Shown piece by piece: positions 54,884 through 64,000 of a stretch of 64,000 nucleotides of DNA. Below the pieces are notes generated by a model that made no database searches, had not been told where the DNA came from, and was given only the letters and a program-made list of their open reading frames with translations. Positions within the stretch are counted from its first letter, which is position 1. Every line of letters begins with the position of its first letter. The position numbers and the translations under genes are program-made. Source of the DNA: Eledone cirrhosa (taxonomy: Eukaryota); the NCBI GenBank assembly GCA_964016885.1, contig OZ024753.1, positions 4,712,001-4,776,000 on the forward strand. The letters are read 5' to 3'.

Positions 54884-55480
54884 CGCGCGCGCGTATATAT
54901 ATATGTGTATATATATATATGTATATGTATAGATGTAGATATATATGTATGTATATATATATATATATGTGTGTATATATTTATACGTGTGTATATACGT
55001 GTACATACATATATATATATATATACATTTACGCCGGCATAGGTATGTATGGGTGTATGTAAATATGCATATATATATTGTCTGTGTTTGAGCGCGCGTG
55101 TGTGTACGTATATATACGTATGTGTATTTAATTCAAACATTTTCTATATTAAGAAAAGCCTTTTCAAACGGGAAGATCATCTCCTCTGATGTGTAACTTT
55201 GCAATAGGATAAAAGTAGTCAGCTTATCATATTCATCTCGAATTTTAAGTAATAAACATGAAAGAAACATCTGAAACATTATCAATTTAAGATAGTAAGC
55301 TAATTTAGCTAATTCATCGTGTATCGCATAGCCGAATAGATAGGCAATCACACTCAAAACTGAAGCATTTTTGAATGTGTATAATATTAATACCGTTATA
55401 CTGTATCATAGGTGAAGTTCCGGAGCACAACTGGGCCAGAATATTCAGAGAAAAACATGTAAAAGTATTTTAAAAAAAGA

Positions 55481-55570
<90 letters not shown>
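55481..55570. repeat. (AAT)n microsatellite
   Basis: Direct reading. Confidence 0.95.
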
Positions 55571-55571
<1 letters not shown>

Positions 55572-55760
55572 GTAACATATAAAGCTTAAATCAGAAAGTT
55601 CGTACAGTTGGTTAACGTTTTATATGAAAAATGAAGAATAACACAATATACTTTTTCTCCTAAAGCAGAAAAATCTGGAACGATGCACCTAATTGGAAAT
55701 TGCATGTGTGTGTCATTAATATTGTTGTTGGAAATCTCAAATGGCGGCCTCTTTGTACAG

Positions 55761-55831
<71 letters not shown>

Positions 55832-55883
55832 GTATATATATATATATACGTATATATATATACATATATATACACACACACAC

Positions 55884-55937
<54 letters not shown>

Positions 55938-55955
55938 GTATATATATATATACGT

Positions 55956-55996
<41 letters not shown>

Positions 55997-56474
55997 TAAG
56001 TAAGTTAATTTTTAATTTTTTTTTTTTTCTTATTTTACGTCTCTCATATTATTGTTCTGCATCCTCCTGCATTGAACCACCTAGGTACTATGACATAACT
56101 TATGTATTTGCTAGCATTAGTGTACATCTGTACGCATATGTTGGTAGATATACTAATTCTCTGTATAAATATATACATATATATGTATGTATTATATATA
56201 TATATATATATATACATATATGGGATAACAAATTATCGTTATAGGTAATCCAGTTAGAAGTTGTGAGTACTCTGTACTGTGGATATTTTTAACGAATTCT
56301 CCTAGTATATTACAAACGCCGATAATTTGATTAGGCATACATTGTATTTAAGATTGAGTGACACAACTTCAAGTGATTAGCAATCTTTAGACGCCATAAT
56401 CAATGAAACAATTGTTAATACTGTAAATATAACCCTTTTTGTACTGTTGACCATGTTATTCTTCACTCTTTCAC

Positions 56475-56563
<89 letters not shown>

Positions 56564-56569
<6 letters not shown>

Positions 56570-57338
56570 TGAAACAAAATGAAAACGAAATTTCATTTCT
56601 CACTCTTAGTATGGCACTTACTTAAATGTAAGTATGCATGTATACGTACATACATATATGTATACAGACGTACAGTAGCATGCACATATATATATATATA
56701 TACATATATATATACATATGCATACAGGTACACATACATATATGCACGTATCAGTTTAGCGGCGCTAACGTCGCTTTGTTCGTTTGTAAACAAACTGAAC
56801 AGCCTGAATTTATGCCATACGGTGTTAAGGCAACCACGTCACCTTTTTGTTCAACACTGACACAGGAACGATGTACTAGTTTCAAGCTTGTTAGCTATCA
56901 TCAGCACCGTTTACCCATCTGCCAGATAGTTGAACGTTCGAAAGTATATACTTTCCTTATGAAAATTAACGGCTGAGCAGCCTAATTTGCATATTGAGTG
57001 AGTTAAATCGGTCAGGCATACCGAAAACGATAAATTGAAACAAAATGAAAACGAAATTTCATTTCTCACTCTTAGTATGGCACTTACTTAAATGTAAGTA
57101 TGCATGTATACGTACATACATATATGTATACAGACGTACAGTAGCATGCACATATATATATATATATACATATATATATACATATGCATACAGGTACACA
57201 TACATATATGCACATACGTGCATATATGTATGTGTACCTGTATGCATATGTATATATATATGTATATATATATATATATATGTGCATGCTACTGTACGTC
57301 TGTATACATATATGTATGTACGTATACATGCATACTTA
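56564..57338. repeat. 184-bp direct repeats around a 282-bp insert, followed by a ~120-bp-arm palindrome
   Basis: 56564-56747 equals 57030-57213; 57095-57338 is self-complementary around ~57215. Confidence 0.9.
56867..56911 (-). ncRNA. Minimal type I hammerhead ribozyme
   Basis: AACGGUG CUGAUGA U AGCU-AACA-AGCU U GAAA CUAG UA^ CAUCGUU; 7-bp stem I, palindromic ACUAGU stem III. Confidence 0.88.
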
Positions 57339-57457
57339 TATATATATATATATATATATAAATGTGTGTGTATGTATGTATATATATGCTATATGCATGC
57401 ATGTGTATATATATATATATACATATGCGTGTGTGTTTGTGTGTGTGTGTAAACAGA

Positions 57458-57612
57458 TATGAAGGATTGATGCTTGAGCTGTTAAATCTTACATGTGTTA
57501 ATTTCAGCTCTTCTTATTAATAATTGCATTGTTTCTTTCCAGTGAATGTGTTGAAAAAGAAACCTTATTTGGTCATTCCATGAAAGTATCTTGGTCAGCC
57601 GACTCTTTTATG
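57458..57612. mobile_element. Degenerate copy of the MITE at 63448
   Basis: Shared internal TATTAATAANTGCATTGTTTCTTT and TCATTCCATGA...TATCTTGGTC. Confidence 0.7.
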
Positions 57613-57650
57613 TATGTGTATGTAAATAGTATATATATATATGTGTGTGC

Positions 57651-57684
<34 letters not shown>

Positions 57685-58004
57685 GTCTCTGTGTGTATGT
57701 CTGTGTCTGTCTGTGTGTGTGCCTGTGTCTCTGTGCGTGTGTCTGTGTTTATTCTGTGTGCTTGTGTGTTTATATACAAACATATTACCCTGGACTGTAT
57801 TATTCGCGGTTATTGTACTGTGAACATTTTATAAATAATATAATTATATTTTATTGTATAAGCTTGAAGCTACACTACTAAATCAGGTAAAAACTAGATT
57901 TTCCTACATAAAACATTTATCAAACTGAAATGCTTTGAAGATGTTCAGTCTTTTTATCGGAACGAAGCAATCTTGGAAATATTGAAATATTTACTCTATA
58001 AGTG

Positions 58005-58035
<31 letters not shown>

Positions 58036-58639
58036 TTCATATATATTTATATATATGTATATATATATGTGTGTGTATGAATATGTATATTAATATATAT
58101 ATATGTATATGTATATATAAACATATATATATATGCGTGTGTATATATATATATACATATATATGTAAATACTACATACATACATGCATGCATACACATA
58201 TACATACATACATACATGTGTGTGTGTATGCATGTATGTATGTGTGAGTGTGTATGTATAACGGGACGATCGAGTTATATGCTTGAAAGGCATGTTCGAT
58301 TCCCACTTTACATTATGCGATATGGAATTACAGAGTAGTGTTTTATGTAGGCTTTAGGATCATGACCGCCTGAGTTCATAAGTAGCATCGTATTGATGAG
58401 AAAGCAGTTGACGGCTTAGTTATATCATATATATTTTCCCCAACACTTCGTGCCTTCTACTAAATGTCCAGACAGAGTGTTGATGTAGAAAATATAACTT
58501 GGCAAATTGCAGCCGAAAATCGCTTACATCCTTTTAGAATTGGATAGTTGTTACTGAACTACTAAATTATAAACGTTCACAAATAAAATACGATCGTGGT
58601 CACAGTACCATGATGAATCATAAAGACATTCCTACATGG

Positions 58640-59481
58640 CCCATTCTTCTGCGAATGAAAGGCGCCACATATATATTTTGTAAAACACCATGGCTAACAT
58701 GAAAGCGCAAGTAAAAAGTGAATAAAGCTGCAGTAGAAATCTTCGTCATAGAGACGCTTGCAAGCAGAAATATATTCAATTCCTAGAATAATGAAAACAC
58801 CTGTCAGCTGCATCGTGAAATTTCTGATACAATACGCCACCATTCATATACGAATATTTTAAACTAGTTCCCAAGAAACATAATTTGAGACGCAATGACA
58901 GGATCAATTTCAGAATATATAACTATTTAGTAAGAAAAAAAAACAAAGAAAGACTGTAAAACATACCCTCCAGGGTTTTGACACTTTCACCAATTTCCCA
59001 TCTTATACCTGAAACGATGAAGGACGAAATTGATCACGGCACCATTTCAACACAGAGTGCAAGAACACCAGACCGTAACCGCAAAAAATGTTGTATTATG
59101 CTTTATCCAATACATCCAATTTACCTTTCCTGCAAAAGGAAATTATATATTACCAGTAAATATAGGAATAATAGCAATATAGTTATCAGCCAATCAGAAA
59201 TTATGACACATTGTATTGTTTATGGAGGATCACCAAGTCTACTTCATAGAGAGAAGACGAAATTTGCAATACATTGCTTTATAACGTTCATGAAAGGTAA
59301 TAAGATGCAGTTTCCTTTTTCCAATGAAAAGTCAAGTAGTGTTGCACTCACAGACATTTATGTTATTGGTTCATATGAACATAAACAAGGTTTCGGTTTC
59401 AAAGAGAATAAAATGTTATATGTGAAAATGTCAAACAATATGAATTCTCATTACATTCGTCAACATATAAAGAAAGCATGA
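58640..59481 (+). pseudogene. Possible decayed tandem Ig (C2-set) coding region
   Basis: Motifs GATYIFCK, PVSCIVK, DHGTISTQSA and THCIVYGGSP in order; includes the 167-aa ORF 58978-59481; stops and frameshifts. Confidence 0.35.
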
Positions 59482-59823
59482 ATAGGTGGTTAAGAAAATC
59501 GCTTTGCTATCGTGTGGTTTCATGTTTTGTCCCATTGAACCGAATATTCGCTGTCTTCTACTGTAGCCTCGAGCAAATATGATAATGGACTTTTAACCGT
59601 ACGACGAACGAAGTATATTATAAAATATGCTAGTTTTATACAGATGTTGTAAGACCCTTAATTGATCAAGTCACTGAAAAATGCTTACGGGCGATTTCCG
59701 TAATCCTCGGAAAGTGGGTAGCGGAAATATAAGATTGATTTGACATGACTTAACTAGTGTGTTCCTACACGTGTGTGGTTAGTTAACATTAGCGGTTTTC
59801 TATTATTGTTATTATTGTTATTA

Positions 59824-60853
59824 CTCTTTGAGTCTCAGTCATTGATGTTAGTTAACTGGAAAGTTTGTTGAAATGAATATCAAGCCACTACCTGCAGCCT
59901 CAGATATTCAGGACGTATCGGAGGGTTCTTGCTGTTCCCAGCAAGCATGCCTTTGAAGCGTTCCAAAAAGCGTGAAGGGGCCAATTTTCTTTAACCATCC
60001 CTGGAAGTTTTTGAGATAGTCCCTAGTGCGCCTATGACAATCGGGATCACTTTGACTTCATGGCAGTTCCAAATCCTTTTTACCTCCCACTTTAAGTCCT
60101 GGTATCGGTTAATTTTCTCCCTCTCAGAATGTGGTAAATTGTTTACTTTGCATAGGTGCCAGTGGATTACCCTGCCCATCACACCATGTCTCCAGCCTTT
60201 ATAGTGAGTCTGGGCTAGGTGTTTACACTCGGATACAATGTGAGCCACAGTCTCCTCTCTCTCTCTCTACAGATCCTACACATTGGGCTAGCCTCCTCCT
60301 TGTAAATATGGTGTTTCAGCCACTTCGTTTTGAGGGCCTACTCTTGTGCAGCCATTAGCATTCCTTCTGTAGCCTTTTTAAGGTCTTCTCTTTTCAACCA
60401 GTTCCATGTCTGTGGATCTCTGAATTCAGTTTTCTCAAAGAAGGTACTATGAATGGACTTTTCATGAAGGCTGCTCTTTCTCCTTGTTGTTATTTCCTCC
60501 TTGGACATCTCCTGGTCTATTGTCCTCTCCTTCAGTACAATTCTGAGCATTGGCTCCTTACTATCAGTCACGTATTTGTGTAGGTTGTTTTTCTCCATCT
60601 GAACACAGTCCTCTATGCTGATGAGACCTCTTCCACCTTCAGATCTCCTTAAGTAGAGTCTATCGACATCACTCCTTTTGTGGAACATGTTGTAGATAGT
60701 CAATAGCTTCCTAGTCTTCCTATCCATTTCTTTTTGTTCAGCAACATTCCATCTCAGAATTCCCGCACTGTACCTAATAATAGACACAGCTCGGGAATTT
60801 ACTACACTTATGGCATTCAGATGTGACTTTAGTACGCTCCTTTCTCTCCGAAC

Positions 60854-60855
<2 letters not shown>
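59824..60855 (-). mobile_element. 5'-truncated Dong/R4-clade (RLE) non-LTR retrotransposon
   Basis: DRKTRKLLT...SDVDRLYL...GGRGL; CRIC-x7-H-x4-C; RH; K-x2-RY-x-DL; PIVIGALG; LLGTARTLR; (TAA)n-type repeats on both flanks. Confidence 0.88.
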
Positions 60856-60907
<52 letters not shown>

Positions 60908-60908
<1 letters not shown>

Positions 60909-61090
60909 AGGGCGGTGGATTGGCAGTATCGGTAGAGGGTCGGACGCCATGCTTTGACATATATAGTTACGGCCCTTGCCACATTGAGTTCAAATCCCGC
61001 CGAGGTTAACTTTGCCTTACGGGGTCGATAAAATGAAGTACCAGTAATGCACTGGGAAATTGCTGGCCTTGTGCCAAACGTAGAAACAAT
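60908..61090 (+). mobile_element. Full-length SINE (family A) in (ATT)n
   Basis: GGGCGGTGGATTGGCAGTATCGG head, B box, GTAGAAACA(ATT)n end. Confidence 0.9.
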
Positions 61091-61107
61091 TATTATTATT
61101 ATTGTTA

Positions 61108-61265
61108 TAGGGTGGTGGATTGGCAGAAACTATTGAGCGTCGGATAATATGCTTTGTAGCATAGCATTACGGCCCTTTACGTTCTGAGTTCAAGTCTCGC
61201 TAAGGTTAGTTATGCTTTTCATCCCTACAGGGTCGATAAGATAAAGCACCAGTAGCGAACTGGTA
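61108..61265 (+). mobile_element. SINE (family A), tandem and 3'-truncated
   Basis: Head, B box and core present; ends after ACCAGTAGCGAACTGG. Confidence 0.8.
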
Positions 61266-62066
61266 ACAAACTTGTCAGCCAAGCCTCGCATCTTAATCTA
61301 CTTTGGTATTCATTTCTAAATGTTTTATATGTTTCAATCTTAAATTATTTTATTTCTAAGTACTCATATCCATTCTCAATGTTCTGGATTAATTCGCCAC
61401 CATATAACAGCAATCCCACTAACATACTCTTTCTTCTATTTTATTGTATGTATGTACGTATATAATCGTAACTCCCTTTAGAGTCGTAGGGGCCTCGTGA
61501 TGTCAAAAGGCATATCTTGGGCATTTAGAACCTGACAGATCCCTTTGTATCCAAGTTTGAAAACAGCTAATTTCTTCCAAAGGAGAGAGAGTGACAGAGA
61601 AGAGTTGAGTCTAGATAACCGAAACGAATACTGCAATCATTCTATCCGACATTCGAACGATTTTGACAATTCCCTACTTATTGTAATTAAACCAAACTAC
61701 ATTACTCCGAATTCCATTCTTATGAATTAAATAGTCAAACTGATTAAAATGAAGAATCTATCTGGTTTTCTAACTTCACGAACAGATTAACATCAACCAT
61801 AAACAAAAGTTGCTTGATCTTAAATTGTTTATTTCCCCTTTTATAACCAGTCTTTCCTTATATCAATATCAATGGTATCATGTACAATACAAATAGTACA
61901 GCCGTAATATTATCACCTTAGAAGAATCCTCATTTAATTTGAACTTCGCTTTGTACCGTTCCTGACGTCACTAATTCAGTCTTCCATATGTGCATAATTC
62001 TTATGTAATCTGTTGTGGTATTGGCTAAAACAAATATATGCTGGCATTCCAATATTAATATTAATA

Positions 62067-62089
62067 TTATTATTATTATTATTATTATT

Positions 62090-62152
<63 letters not shown>
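62067..62152. repeat. Compound (ATT)n(GTT)n microsatellite
   Basis: Direct reading. Confidence 0.9.
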
Positions 62153-62711
62153 AATATAATTGCTTTTGCTGTTGTCATTGTTGCTGTTGTTGTAACTATT
62201 ACAACTACTAATATTATTACGATTAATATTCTTATTTAATGGTAGATTGGATCTGTTTCATCTGGTATTCTTCTAATCTACTTGTATATTCTATACGTAG
62301 AATACATGCTTGATGTTTAATACTTTAAGTAATGCAAATTAAATAGACCCTCTGCTTGAATCCTAGATTTATCTCGGAAGTATATCCAATGTACTTACAA
62401 TCTGAATTGGATACGTGGTATTTGGGAGATCATTGACAAATCTCTAGTTATTACCTGTTGCATTTAAAGAAAGGATGCTGGTGAATCTAATTAACTCGGC
62501 AGATATTTGTATAAGTAGTCAGTGACTGGATTCATAAAATAGACTTAAACGTATGTGTATTCAACATTTAAACCTGTTTTCATATATAATAATGCAAGTT
62601 ATTGTACATATGTGTATTGATATAAAATATATGTGTCCATGGAAATATATTCATATATTTGGAATATATTCATATATATGGAAATAAATATTCTGCCGCG
62701 TGTGTTCCGCA

Positions 62712-62767
<56 letters not shown>

Positions 62768-63037
62768 CATGTGAGTGTTTGTGTGTGAGTGAGTGTGTGA
62801 GTGTGTCTGTGTGTTTATATATAAATATATACATATATATAGAGATAGATAGATACTTATATATACGTACATGTATATGTATATACATATATGTATATAT
62901 GTATATATATATATATGTATATATGTATACATACGTATATATGTATACATACATATATGTATACATATATGTATATATGTATACATACATATATATTTAT
63001 ATATGTATAAGTGTATATACATATATAAATAAACATA

Positions 63038-63075
<38 letters not shown>

Positions 63076-63447
63076 AGCAGGTATGTATGTACATAAGCTT
63101 AAATATGTTTCTATGTATGTATGTAATAAATATATGTGATGTATAATTTGATTTTGCTTTTATTGAGTATAGGGATGTAATTGATTTCTATTCTATTTCC
63201 CTAAAAGTAGAATTCCTGGTTTTATTCAATCAAAATATAATTAGAGGATTATAACAATTTTGTAAAATTTGCATTACTGTGTGTGTATGTGTATGAAACA
63301 AATCTATACTTATACTATATTATTTCAAATGTGTAAGGAAGAACTGGAGTATTTTATATATATACGTCGAACACTCACTATTCTATTTGATATTATTGTG
63401 AGGATTAGCACTATAGTGCTTTCTTATGAATATAAACACCTAACATT

Positions 63448-63649
63448 TATGAAGGTAGGCTGAAATGTTCATAGGCTGACTATAAAAGAGTGGTGCTAGA
63501 GCTGTGACATTTTGCATGCATTAATTTCAACTCCTCGTATTAATAACTGCATTGTTTCTTTTCAGGGACTATGTTGAAATACAAACCTCATTTAATCATT
63601 CCATGAGATTATCTTGGTCTACCTATGGACTTTTCAGCCGACCCTCGTA
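63448..63649. mobile_element. Mariner-type MITE, ~200 bp
   Basis: Imperfect 33-bp TIRs TATGAAGGTAGGCTGAAATGTTCATAGGCTGAC and GTCTACCTATGGACTTTTCAGCCGACCCTCGTA; TA ends. Confidence 0.8.
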
Positions 63650-63726
63650 TCTATACTATATTATGCCAAATGTGTTGACACAGCATGATTTGGGAAAGAG
63701 GCAGAATTCAAAGAAAGTTTCAAATC

Positions 63727-63763
<37 letters not shown>

Positions 63764-64000
63764 TGATGATGATGATTTCCTTATAATAATAACAACTTTA
63801 ATTGTTTCGAAAATGTTCTTATGAAATCTTCCATCCGTTTTTTTGTTTTTTTTTGTTTTTTTTTCACTCAACTAAATATATTACGTCTTTTTGTCAGTAA
63901 AAAGAATTCAATATTCAAGTCTAAAATTCGTTTAGACTTCCTAAAATCATGGCTACAATAGATTTCATTACCGGGATTTTCTCTGGTCTAGCTTCTAACG

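Overview
AT-rich, microsatellite-dense eukaryotic DNA. The repeat content points to a cephalopod, probably Octopus (inference). No intact host gene is visible. The main coding feature is a 5'-truncated Penelope-like retroelement (PLE) of Naiad type, with RT and GIY-YIG domains split by a frameshift in a C12 run and flanked by ~1-kb inverted pseudo-LTRs. At least 8 well-formed minimal hammerhead ribozyme (HHR) motifs plus several partial or degenerate ones occur in different PLE-derived families, most in or beside (TA)n tracts. Five PLE-derived insertions are head-to-head fold-backs with the same asymmetry: only one arm carries a ~75-100 nt tail, that tail contains a conserved ACTC-(11-18 nt)-GAGTRCY hairpin, and the short arm stops 2-12 nt before it. 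Also present: a Neptune-like PLE 3' fragment, a Tx1/L1-type 3' end inside (GATA)n, Dong/R4 fragments (the larger beside (TAA)n), RTE-derived non-autonomous elements, many tRNA-derived SINEs with TSDs, mariner-type MITEs, a repeat with a CTCF-like motif, a 23-bp minisatellite, local palindromes and weak traces of decayed immunoglobulin-superfamily exons.
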